A stretch of DNA of 64,000 nucleotides from Phoronis australis (Eukaryota; Animalia; Phoronida). The notes under the pieces are model-generated. The model was not told the origin of the DNA and made no database searches. It worked only from the letters and a program-made list of their open reading frames with translations. The stretch spans positions 574,487 to 638,486 of the forward strand of contig NMRA01000149.1 of assembly GCA_002633005.1 (NCBI GenBank), given 5' to 3'. Of the stretch, positions 1 to 12,300 are shown piece after piece. A program made the translations under genes and the position numbers. How positions within the stretch are numbered: the first letter of the stretch is position 1; every line of letters begins with the position of its first letter.

Positions 1-32
1 AGGACGCACGTGCTTTACCACTACACCACCAC
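1..32 (-). mobile_element. tRNA-like / SINE 5' fragment at the window edge
   Basis: Minus strand GGTGGTGTAGTGGTAAAGCACG is A-box-like; truncated by the window. Confidence 0.3.
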
Positions 33-682
33 AACTTCACTAATAAACTTTAACTAAGAGACCTACTTGTTTATGGTCCACAACGTTTGCGCGCGAAACC
101 TACTTCTTTTTGTAATGCTTATTACACGTTTTTTATTTTGTGCAATCGGTTGTTAACAAATTTGTTGTATTTAAAAATAGTCTTCAAATGCCCAAAAGAC
201 CAAATCCATTTTTCGTGTTGGCAATAATGACGGGATTGCTTTGGAAATCGTCTTAAGTTAAGGTTTGACAAAGAGAAAATTAATAAGTTTCTGAGTGATT
301 CACTAAGGCTTCGATTAAAATTCACGTCTTACCAGCAGCTTCTGTTTTTTCATCGTCACTCAGGTTCCATTTTCTTTAAAAAATGAAGTAAATTTTCTCC
401 ATTGCACAGTGGAGCAGACGACGGAAACGGAGTCGTAGTGGGCAGCGCCACTGCCGGTCGCCTGGGATATCGCGGGAGAGCTTATACTTAGCCATAGTTC
501 CGTTACGAATGCGCCGTGTTCCGAATTTGACACTTGAAATTGGATCTGACCCCTCCCCCCCCAACACTAAAACTGCACACATTTAAATCTTTTTTGATCC
601 GGATAATTTTGATTACCGGGGCAAATTAACAAACTCAACATTTCCCTACGCTCTTGCTGTTTTATTTTTTTTACACCAGCCA

Positions 683-729
683 AGGGGGGGGGCCCGGGCC
701 CCCTGGCCCCCCCCCTAAATCCGCCTATG
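683..729 (-). mobile_element. G-rich hAT-like MITE terminus
   Basis: Minus strand CATAGGCGGATTTAGGGGGGGGCCAGGGGGCCCGGGCCCCCCC; no clear partner end. Confidence 0.35.
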
Positions 730-1214
730 CTTTGGTAGAAATGTTCATACTTTAAGATCTTTGTAGGCCTCATTATGGCCTATGCATCTTCGTAAGTACT
801 TTAAGGTCATTGTAGGCTCCCATTATGACCTATACATTTTCCATTTATGCTCCTTTGCCTCTTGTTTCTAGAATATGGTCGGGCTTACCAGATAAAAATG
901 TACTGCTTTCCTATTATATGCTCCAGGACTTACTCTCAGAAATGCCTTGTAACACATAAAGTGAACCCTTCCATTGTGTACAAGCTATGATCTTTTAGTT
1001 GGGAATTGTGAAAAATCACACATTCTCAGCACCGCTGCACGTTCCAGTTTGTCACCTATGAAAAAACCATGTGGCAGTTCTGCCGCCCAGTTATGCTTCA
1101 TGAAGTGTAATAAATACTTCAGACCTATTACAAGGATATGTTTTTTGTCTGGGATAATTTTTATGTAGTGTATTTACTCTTTGAATTGAAATAGCTTCCG
1201 TTCTTGGTCTAATT

Positions 1215-2850
1215 TTTCACATCTTTTGTGCACGGACATATTTATATATGGGCGCATCATGCCATCATCTGTGTCCGTCTGTCCGGCTTCTGCTGCTGTA
1301 TCTCCAAAACCCCTTGATGTTCATGAAATTTTGCAGGTATGTTCCTTTCATGGATGGGGCGGCATGAGTGAGTTTTCAAACAGATCCGACTACCAGTGTG
1401 CCCCTTACTACTTAGCAGTTTTAGTTTTTTATGTTTGTCTAAATGCATCTTTGAAGTTCCTTAACTGATTTTCATGAAATTTGGCAAAAAGGTATTTATT
1501 AGAAAATTGATTCCTCCTTTACATTTGCAAATGGATTAGACATATTTTGCTTCACCTAGTGGCCATTTTTACTGTTTTCGAGTCTTGTTGTCTACACCGC
1601 TATAGGCATCCTTGACTGTATCTCCTAAACCCTCTGGAAGATATTTTTTAAATTTTGCAAGTGTATTTATATGAAAGTTACAACAGATGACTGTGACTTT
1701 GAGACAGATCCAACAACCACTGTGCCTCATAGTGGAAATACAATTCTTTCCATTTTCTTCTGTATCTTTGGAGATCCTGGCTGGATATTTAGGAAATATG
1801 GCATATAGATTTCTATTAAAGAGGCGATGACATCTTTCTGTTTTATAGATTTGACGAAGTCCATGCCACTTAAACGTCGTTTTTGATACTTTTTGGTCTG
1901 TTTTTGGCGTCCGCCTCTCTGTCTGTCTGCCAAATCACTCTCAGGATGATTATGAAAATTGCCATATATATGTTCTTACTAGGAAGAGAACTTCTGACGA
2001 TGATTTTTGGATGGCATTGACTACTGTGGCTCATCCTAGTAGCAATTTTGTGTTCTTTGCGGCCGTGGCTATATCACCTAAACCCTATGCACTATCTTTG
2101 TTAACTTTGGTGAATGTATAATTTGTATGTAGGGGACAACAGATGACGTTCAGACAGATTCGACTACTGCTATGTGGCCTCCAGTGACAATTTAATTTTT
2201 TTCTGTTTTCCCCTGTTTCTGAGTTTTATGATGTACTTTTATGAATTTTGGCAAATAGGCTTATTAATGAGGTGATGACACCTTCCGTTTTCAGATGTAT
2301 TTGACATAGTGTACGCATCCTAGTGGTTAGTTTGTATTGTTTGAGTCTGCTTTTGTCATCTATCTTTCTATCAGCCAAACCACTGAGAATTTTTCTGTAA
2401 ATTGTTATATGTATTTCTTCTGGGAAGAGCATGGCTCACTATGATTTGTGGACAGTTTTGCCTACTGTGGTACCCCTGGTGTCAGTTTGCTTATTCCGCA
2501 TCCAGAGCTACTTGTCCCTACAGGATTTTTGTGTAATTTGACAAGTGTATTTATATGAACGTGACAACAGATGATGACCTTTAGACCAATGTGCCCCCAG
2601 TGCCAGTTTTAATTTTTTACTGTCTTGTCAGGTGTTTTCCAATTATTGGGGGTGTTGCTGAGTTGCAATGCATCGGTGAAGGCTATTTTAAGTCAAATAG
2701 CATTGCTCCATGTTCAAAATAGTAATCATCCCATGCATCTGCGCTTTATGCGATGCACATGCTGGGCATCACCTTACTCTTTTTAAAATTTTGATGCACG
2801 TGGCTTGCCGTGCTGTTATTTCCACGAGGCAACCTCTCTGTCTGTACTAG
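1215..2850. mobile_element. Old HINE-like element built of degenerate tandem subrepeats
   Basis: GTCCGTCTGTCCG microsatellite seed and recurring GATTTTCATGAAATTTGGCA / CAGATCCGACTAC / CCTAGTGGCCATTTT units. Confidence 0.4.
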
Positions 2851-3372
2851 TCCTGTGCATGTGACACATTACCTTTATCAAAAACAAGTATTTAGGCAAC
2901 TAAGACCTTCCTAGACTGCTGGTGTGCCCAGCTCCTCAATAATAATTTGCACCCTCTGTTTATCTGTTTAAATGAGGTGCATAGCATATATTTTGACTGC
3001 CGGAAACAATTCACACAATTTTGTGCAAACTGAAAAGTGTATTCGATGGACATTTCCTGAACAGAAAAACACAGGGTAAGGTTTTTTGTGGTGGCTGAGG
3101 AGTGTACAAAGATATAACGTGGGAAATCCCTGTGATTCGCTATTTCCTTGCCAAACCTTGCCAAACCATTGCTAAGATGAAGTAATACACTCAAGGGACA
3201 TCTAGTGGCCATGTTTCTTTTGTGATGTCTAATTGCAAACTATCATATAAGTTCATTTCTTTACGTCTGCTTTTGTTAACAGTACTCATTTGACGTAATA
3301 CATCAATTTTTATATTGTTTTGATATTCAAATTTGTTTAGCATGTTAGTTGTCATGAAAGTTCTATTTTTAG

Positions 3373-6300
3373 GCATTCAGTGCATCAGAAAATACACCAG
3401 AAAATGTCATCCAAAGTGAGTCATCTGAAGAAAAGTTGGTCGCGAGTGACAGTCCTCATGAGTCATCGAACATCAAGTGTGATGTTGCTGCTGATAACAA
3501 AACATTGGATAATATTCCAAAAAAGTAAGTTTTGCAGTTCCTCTAGTTTCAAAATTGTTTTCATTATTGTAATATAATACATCCTATTATTAGGTCCTAC
3601 GAGACCCATATATTTCATTGAAAATTTTATTTAGCTTTGCTGTGTGTCAATGAGGTAGACATTCAGCTTGTTGTCGAAGTTGCTGTCTGTTTACGCTTAA
3701 AGTAACAATAAAGTGGCATTAGGTTACAGAATATTGTGAGTTTAAGCCTAGTCATTAATTAAGTACACACAAACTCTTCCCACCTTTTTTGAAATGGAAA
3801 GTACATTTTGCATTTGTACATGTCTTCAGATTGCTTCATTAATATCTTTCAAATAATGGATAACACATGACATCTTTACAACCAAGGCTGTGTATGCCAC
3901 TAGTCTTAAAAGTTTTCTTCTGCTGGGTTTTTAATGCCCATCTGTAACAGCCATTTTGCTTTTTGCTCAATATAAGTCATTCTTGGCTTCAAAAATGCAT
4001 GTTGCGATTTTCACTTAGTCACAGAAAACCAATTTCTTGACTGTCACAGGTTGGAAACGATTCCAGTTATAGTGTCCTAAACCCCAGTCATGGACCAGCA
4101 AACAGCAAATCCGTGGTACAAATTCTAGATTTATGCCCCTATACTCTGCATGTATGCTGAAAGTGCTCCATAACCGTTGATCAAATTACATAACTCAGAG
4201 TCCAGGTGAGGAATCTGATCTCCGAGTATCGTGTTGGGTAACTGGCTATGGAGCATTACCACTGTGCTTCTGGATTAAGGGACATGGGTCTTGGATGTAT
4301 ACCATGGTTTTGGTGTTTGCTTGTCCGGGACTGATGTTTTGGGTATGGTAGCTGTGATAAATTGCAATATTGAAAGATTAAGTGGTTCTCTAACACTGAA
4401 ACAGAATTCAACCTGCTCACCAGGTATTTTTACATATTTTTCGTAAATACTTTTAATTTCTGTTGATATCAAAGCATTTTCTTTTAGTTTCAAATTTCCA
4501 AAAATCGATCTGTCGATTGCTCACCACTTTGTTGATTTTTCGCCCACAAGGCATAGCACATTTTCCTTATAAGGAAAACGTGACATTTTACCTCTAACGA
4601 CTTCAAGCATCTGACTGTCATAGGTGGGAGGGACATTAGAAATTCTGTGGTAACCACAGTTTTTTCTTCGCTCGTACTTCAAAGATCATGAATTGTATGA
4701 TTTTTTCTAGAAATTTCCTCATAGGAGAAAGTTGGTTACTCCGTACTAGACGTTGCGAGGTGGTACTTTCGTCAAGAATTGTTTAAAAGATAAAAAAATA
4801 TATTTTGATGGCCTTTCGCGTTCCATGCCTCTTTAAGTAGTTAGATTTTCACTTCTTTTCTGCAGTTTTTGTTGATTATTTGTTTCCATTTCATTTTAGA
4901 CACATAACTGAAACCAAGGAATTGAGTGATTCTGATGAACTCAACCTGAACTCACCAGAGCCAAGGGAGCAAAGTAACCTAGGAGACGAGGCCATCAAAG
5001 AAGTTTCACCTGCAGATAAACCAGCTGTTGCAGAGTCCAACGACTCACTGCTCGATGATTCTTGCTTGGATGAAGAAGACGATGAGAATTTAAAGGAAGG
5101 AGACAATACTAATGAGGTGGATCACTCAACAGAGGGCTCTAGTGACCAGACACTTTCTGATATTCCTGGTGAAAAAACAGATGAACAAACCAAGATGAAG
5201 CAGGCAGCTGAAGATCATACTGAGCAGATGTCTGATACTGAAGCCGTCAATGAGCAGACAATATTTGGCCAACAGAAGGATGAGGGGTATCAAGATATAG
5301 GTGACGAGAAAGAACCAATTAACAAAGCAGATATGTCAGAAATGGAACATAAGGTGACGACCCAAAAGCCAACTTGCTTTAGCATTGGACAAATGGCCAA
5401 TGATGATGGCAAAAGCCAAGATGTGGATTTAAAGGAAGCTCAATCCTCTGATGACATAACAAGTAGATTGGAAGAGAACATTGTCTCTGCCAACAAGCCA
5501 CCAGCCTTTAGTTCTGAGCAGGGAAGAGCAGACGAAAATATGGATTCAACCGAAAATTGCGGAAGTGCGGCTGAAGGAGGAGATAGTGACTCAACTTCAG
5601 GACAGACTACGGGTATCTTTGGAGGAAAGGCCATGGATGTGCAGGAGGAGGAAGAAGCTATGGAAGTTGGTGATGAACGAGAAACAATTGACACATTTAA
5701 GGTTGTGGATACGAGTGAACAGTGTGACCCTAAAGATACAGAGTTAAAAGTGTCAGGAGATGAATCTGGCAAGACTGTCAAGCAACCAGCTTCTGACACT
5801 GCAGGGATGGAAGCAATCTCAAGGGTAAATGAAACAGCTAATGACGAATGTGATAAGAGCAAAATCACTGATATCACCACTGGTGTCTGCGATGGTGATG
5901 GTGCTGTTGAGAGCATAAAATTAAATGAAACTGCAATAGTAGATAACAAGGATTCAAACAAATCTGGTGTGGTTGTGGGTGAAGACACTGAAATGACACA
6001 TGTGGACACGCAAGGCTCAAAAGGACACAGTGAAGAGGCAAGCAAGAGCTCTGGGAAGGACAAGAAAGAACCTGAAAGTTCTGATAGCAAAGGTAAATTG
6101 GAAAATTAAATGATAAATAATAAAAAGGAAATTTATTGTTACGTGTTCTTGTGTTATTTAAATTGTTGGTAGTATGCTTTCTATGGGCAGTAACAATATT
6201 CATCAATTTGACTCAAACAGTCTGAAGAAGATCATAAAATCGTGTGAAAATAGGACATTTTAATAGGGCTAAATCCTGTGAATGTTTCAGAGCTCTTGGG

Positions 6301-9300
6301 TATTGATGTCCATACTGGAATATTTTCTTCAGATGAATCAAAAGAGCTCAAGGACACTGTTGATAATGAGACTAACGCTGGAGATGTTGAAATGACGAGC
6401 CTCGCTGAGGGTGATAATGCATGCCAACAAACGGGGCAGCAAGACATGGATGCCGATGACGATTTCTTGGAAACTCCCATCAGCTGCACTGTTTCTGAGA
6501 AAGATGCTACCAATGCTAAAGAGGCGGAAAGTGCAGATGACATCATCGCTGCTATTGATAATTTGGATGGGACGACAAAGGATAGTGGAGCTTCTGCCAA
6601 GAATGGTGAGTTCCTGTAACTTGGTATGCCTATGTTTTTAAAGGGACAGTCAGCCTGAACTAGAACGCCATGAAGTAAGCTAATATATTCTACAAACTTT
6701 TTCAGAATTGTCCGTTCCTTCATGGCAATTGGTTTCTACCATGAAAGGAACGAAGTGGCCCAATTTTGGAAGGGATTGCCAGTGCTCTCCATCACATTTT
6801 GCAATTCGGTCTTATTTTCCTGAATTTTTGTTCTCGATTTTCACCCATCCATGTTTGGAAATATCCTTTGTGCAACCCTTCCTACATTTTCAAGGAGATT
6901 TCTACCAAATTTTCAAAAAAGGATGCTTACAAAGCGCCATGCGATTTGTCTGTGTCATTTTCTGATTACCACCATATTTTCCGGAATTTTAGCTTACTGT
7001 TGATTTCCATGCGTCCTTGTTGGGAAATGCTCTTCTGTGTGCAACTCTTACTGCGTTTTAATGTGGATTTTGACCAAGGTTTCAAAACAGTATGCCTATG
7101 AAGTGCCTTAGCGCATATTGTCGGTATTTTGCTCCGTGTTGGAAAATGCTCATCTGAGTGCAGCCCCTTACAAGATATTCAGCAGAGGATATTGCTGTCT
7201 GTGACTCCCTCATACTGCTGCAATTGGTAACACAAGTTGATCAGTATAGCAGCTGTGAACTGAAAATGTGACACTTAGTTGTTTTATTAATGTTGTTAAT
7301 ATGCTGTGTGAAGGTATTTTCAAAAACAAAGTCTTCTTTTTGAATACAACAGTTTTTGAATTTTGTCTTCAGTTAGTTGTAATCTCCAACTTATTAACAG
7401 ATGTAGCTGTGGATTCTGGGTCCACATCGACTGCTGGGCTAAATACCTCATCCAACATCCTAAATAAAGATAAGGAGGTAAGTTGAACATTTATGTATGG
7501 CTGTTCATATGTTTGGTTTCATCTTTTTCGTTAGCAGTTCTCTTTGCATGAGCGTGATACATCTGCACCTTATTATTATTACTTGCAATGTGAGTGCTTA
7601 CATGTTGAATTCGTAAATATTTCCAGCTTTTTCTCTGATTGAAACCAAGAGTCACTGGTTGAACATGGTACACTCAGCATTAAAGGAGAATGCCACCCAA
7701 AAAACAACCTATTTTGTATCAATTTAGATCGAGTAGTTCCACGCGATAACAGCAAGTTCAGTTGTTTTACCTGACACCTAACGGCAGAGGGAGTGTTAAC
7801 CAATGACGTAATCGGTTCGAATGCAGTCTGTTCAGCCATTCACAACATGCTTACTGGTTTCAACTTATTGCTTGAATTCATCGTTTTTCACTAATAAATC
7901 AACAAAATTTGATGTAAACCCCTTTCATCGAGTTCTTGAACAAACATGTTTTATTTTACTGTTATGGATTTATAGGTGTTTGAACGTACCGTAGCCCACA
8001 GAGTTCGGTAGGTCAATTTACCATGGTCGATCGCAGGAGTTTAGGTATGTTTGGTGATAAATTCGAATCATTCTTCCGTGAAATATAGACGGGGGAACAG
8101 CTGTGTGTTGCACTTTGAAACTTGCGATTTTATCAGTTCTTAACACACAAAAAGCTTGTTACTCCCCACCAGTGGCTCGGAACCCGATCAGACCTGTCGC
8201 GGCTGCCGGGACTGGACATCACGAACATAAACCAGCTTAAGTTGGAAACTAAACCTCCAGTCATGATAAGACTATAATAGTGAGCCAAAGAAATAATGTG
8301 CACGTAATTGTTTAGGTGAATTGGCCACAAAATTGAAAATCTACTTACTTGTCGTGGGCTGCGAAGTCAGGTTTCCCTTCCACAGAACCGTCAGGGCAAA
8401 GGTTGTACAGTAACAACGATTTGAATAATGTATTTGTATATCTTAGTAAAGATTCCCCTAAGATGTGACCATAGCATATAAAATCGAGTTATTGTTTCAC
8501 AACAGCTTTCTGTCAGCAAACACTGAATTAGCATGCGCTCAAACGGCCTCGGTACCCGGTCAATTACCTTTATTGCATCTAAATCCGGTAACGCAGTGAT
8601 TTATTCATTTCTGGCTTCTCAAAACATTTGCAAAGGCATTACAAATTGTATCTAATGAGACAGACTTTGTTCTAGTTTTATATAAGCATTGGTTACGCAG
8701 AATAATAAACGTCTACATGGCAACTTGCCCGGCACCTATCCCAACTTAGTCGAGAGCTCATCCGACAAAGACTTCACGGGTGGGATCGTTAGGTTTCACA
8801 GGCTATGAGTTCAAACTGGAATACACTGATCAAGAAATACTAGAGGGGCGCCGTGAACATACACAGGCAACGGAACATATGGATAGTTCTTTGGTAAGCC
8901 GGAATTTGTCAGAGAAATCACTGTCGATGAAATGGCGGCCAAAGACATGGAGATGTTGCATGGCATCTTATTTGCTATTAACAGCGTACTTTTCATTCTT
9001 CACTGCCACGAGCCACTTCCTAAGCATTTCGGGCTCTCGAGGAAGTCGAAAAAACCCACTTTCTTAGCAGCTTCATAGTTCGGACAAGCGGGAATGATGT
9101 ACCGCAATATAGCGGCATTCACTCTGCAGATGAACCACTGAATTCGCTGCGTTGTTTCTCACCTTCCTCACAGGTAAACGTAACACCTCTCGGCAAGGTG
9201 AGGTCGGTCATATAAGGGGCGATGTGGACATAGACCGATTAAGACGGTAAAAAACACTAATTAAATCTGGTGGCATTCTCCTTTAATTGATGTTTGGTCT

Positions 9301-12300
9301 ATGATAACCTGATTTTGCTTAAGGGTAGATTTTCAGCTGCCACTTCACGTCATTGATGGCCAATCTGTGCATGGTGTATTTCAGAAGCAGCAGCCCTCCA
9401 CCCAACTGCCTGTTCAGAAAATTAAACAGGAGCCTAAGGATACAAGTGAGAGTATGCAGGTAAAACTATCTGTTCAAGGGCTGCTCTGAGGTCCTACGTG
9501 AAAAGTGATCGTACAAAACAAAACGGAATTATTCATCATGTTTGCTGAAAGGGACCGAAATATACTATTCTAGTAGCTGTCGGTCACGATTGGGAACTTT
9601 TTATTGGGAACATGCTTGATACTATTTTTATTGGGAACATGCTTGATACTATTTTTATTGGGAACATGCTTGATACTATTTTTATTGGGAACATGCTTGA
9701 TACTATTTTTATTGGGAACATGCTTGATACTATTTTTATTGGGAACATGCTTGATACTATTTTTAGCGAAATGATGAGTCGGCTAAAGGAGTGAGCCGTC
9801 ATGACGACCAAACGTAATTTAGTCTGATTACTGATTTCTAACTAGTTGATGGGTGGTCTTGATTTTTGGGGTTTGCTAAGATTGTACCTTTTTTGGACAA
9901 ATTTTTCCTAAAAAGGCATGATCATGTGACCCAGTTATGGGCAGATGGGTATAAAGTCATAAATTAAATTCTACAGTACAGACTTTCTACTTTCCGAAAA
10001 TGTATACTTTTCTGAATGCACAGACTCGTCCACAGGTCCTATGTGACCATAATATTTTCCATGTTCTTCTATGGATCTTCATGAAATTTATTCTTTGTGT
10101 TCCTGTTGAGGAGAGCCTGCACAGCTGATGTTGGTTTTCGTATGGATCTGACTACAGTGGAAGTGTTTGGAGAAATGAGCACTATTTATCACTTTACTGT
10201 AAAAGTTTGTGATGCACACGGTGGGTGCATATCTACATTCTGGGTTGGTTTTGTGCTTTTTTTATACCAATGTTTGTATAGTGAACACTCTGACAAGTAT
10301 GTTTGCCATTTTGGGTATGTGTAGCCATTCATTAAGCATCTGAAAAAAGCAAATTATAGCAATGACACTGTTGCCAAATTTTTTGTTGTTAAATAGAATG
10401 AAATTGTAATGCTTGCACCTTTAGTAATTACTGACATTGCCAAGTCAAGTGGATCCTGTCAACAGCCTTTCATTCATTGTTAGATCGTTCATCTGTTCAT
10501 GTTCATGTGGGAACTGCCAACAATCATTGGTTGTCAGAGCACTTATCTATCCATTTTCATGTGGGTGTTGCAATCATTCGCTCATTTTTAGGGCGTTCAT
10601 CATTTTTATACTTTCCAAACAATGTAGGGAGTTGCTGCAGACGTGGTCAACGAGTACCTTGGCATTATGGGAATGGACAAGCTGGAAACGGAAGAACAGA
10701 ATAAGTTACAAGTCGCACCAAAATTCACAGGTAGTTGCCATCACTTTTTGCTGTTGTTATGAGTGCTGGTCTAGCTTTCTGGGGACAGAATTTTCAGTGG
10801 CCGAGAACTTGACTTCTTTTTAATACTTAAACCAAGTTGGGATGATGCAGCACACACTCCAGTGTCTCCATCTGACTGACACTACTACTTGGTCAGAAAT
10901 GTCCTCGCCTAAGTTGGGCATATTGAATGAATTTTCCTGATCAGTTAAGTATTGTCAGTATGTTCATGCATCTGCAGTAGCATGTAAGTACCAAGTAATC
11001 TTGGAACAAGCTGGTGTTGAACATTAAAAAATGTGAATGTGAACTTTCACACTGCTCGTGTGTATAGAATTTGAATTCATACTTATGTCAGGACTTGAAT
11101 TCTCTAAAGGTTTTGTGCAGTTTTGGTTGATGGTGGCATTTTAGAGACCCTCGTGGTTTTTAAACTTTGAATTTGTAACATTTAGTAGTGTATTTTGCCA
11201 CTGCTATCCCAATGAAAATTTTCTGGTGGATGCCTTGTGTTGCAGAGTTTGGTGTGTGAATAGACTGGTGAAGGTGGCTGGATTCTTTGTTGCAGAGTTT
11301 GGTGTGTGAATAGACTGGTGAAGGTGGCTGGATTCTTTGTTGCAGAGTTTGGTTGAATAGACNNNNNNNNNNNNNNNNNNNNNNNNNNNNNNNNNNNNNN
11401 NNNNNNNNNNNNNNNNNNNNNNNNNNNNNNNNNNNNNNNNNNNNNNNNNNNNNNNNNNNNNNNNNNNNNNNNNNNNNNNNNNNNNNNNNNNNNNNNNNNN
11501 NNNNNNNNNNNNNNNNNNNNNNNNNNNNNNNNNNNNNNNNNNTGAATAGACTGGTGAGGGTGGCTGGATTCTTTGTTGCAGAGTTTGGTGTGTGAATAGA
11601 CTGGTGAGGGTGGCTGGATTCTTTGTTGCAGAGTTTGGTGTGTGAATAGACTGGTGAGGGTGGCTGGATTCTTTGTTGCAGAGTTTGGTGTGTGAATAGA
11701 CTGGTGAAGGTGGCTGGATTCTTTGTTGCAGAGTTTGGTGTGTGAATAGACTGGTGAAGGTGGCTGGATTCTTTGTTGCAGAGTTTGGTGTGTGAATAGA
11801 CTGGTGAAGGTGGCTGGATTCTTTGTTGCTTTTTATTTTAGGAGCCATGAAAAAAGAGGTAACCAGCTCAGGAAAAGAGAAAGAGAAACCGAAAGGAGGG
11901 GAATCGCCACAGAAGAAGCAGCAGAAGTGTATTGTGTGTCAGAAGGTAGGCAAGGCTTTGCTTTTTTGTTGTTCTCTAGAAAAATGGGTGGAGGAATTCA
12001 AGTAACGTTCCTAAACCAATTGTCAATCTTTGTACATTTCTTTTTAAATGTATTTTCTTCACTCACTGTCTGATACCCTTAACATTTCTTTAAACACACT
12101 TTTGTACGGTCTAATTTGGGAGTTGTTTGGGACTTCAAATTCATAGCAAAGCTTCATCTTCCTTTTGATTCTCGACACTTTTGGCAGTTTTGACAGCAGA
12201 TTTCTCTCCAGTGCTTTGGTCATTTCGCTCACCTGTTTAAAAGTTTATGGCGGAAAGGATGGCATCCTGGATTTTGTAGTTATTTTTTAAAACGTGGAAT

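Noticed and set aside
3404-3406. ATG in exon 3373-3524 as the gene 1 start codon
   Set aside because: It is out of frame with the downstream exon chain. The in-frame reading is open from the acceptor at 3373, so the true start is upstream and was not located.
5440-6723. Minus-strand ORFs of 216 aa and 163 aa
   Set aside because: Ser-rich antisense shadows of the acidic plus-strand exons.
11204-11848. 214-aa repetitive ORF (also the ORFs at 9584-9811, 14166-14540, 29020-29477)
   Set aside because: Translations of minisatellites, one of them crossing an N gap.
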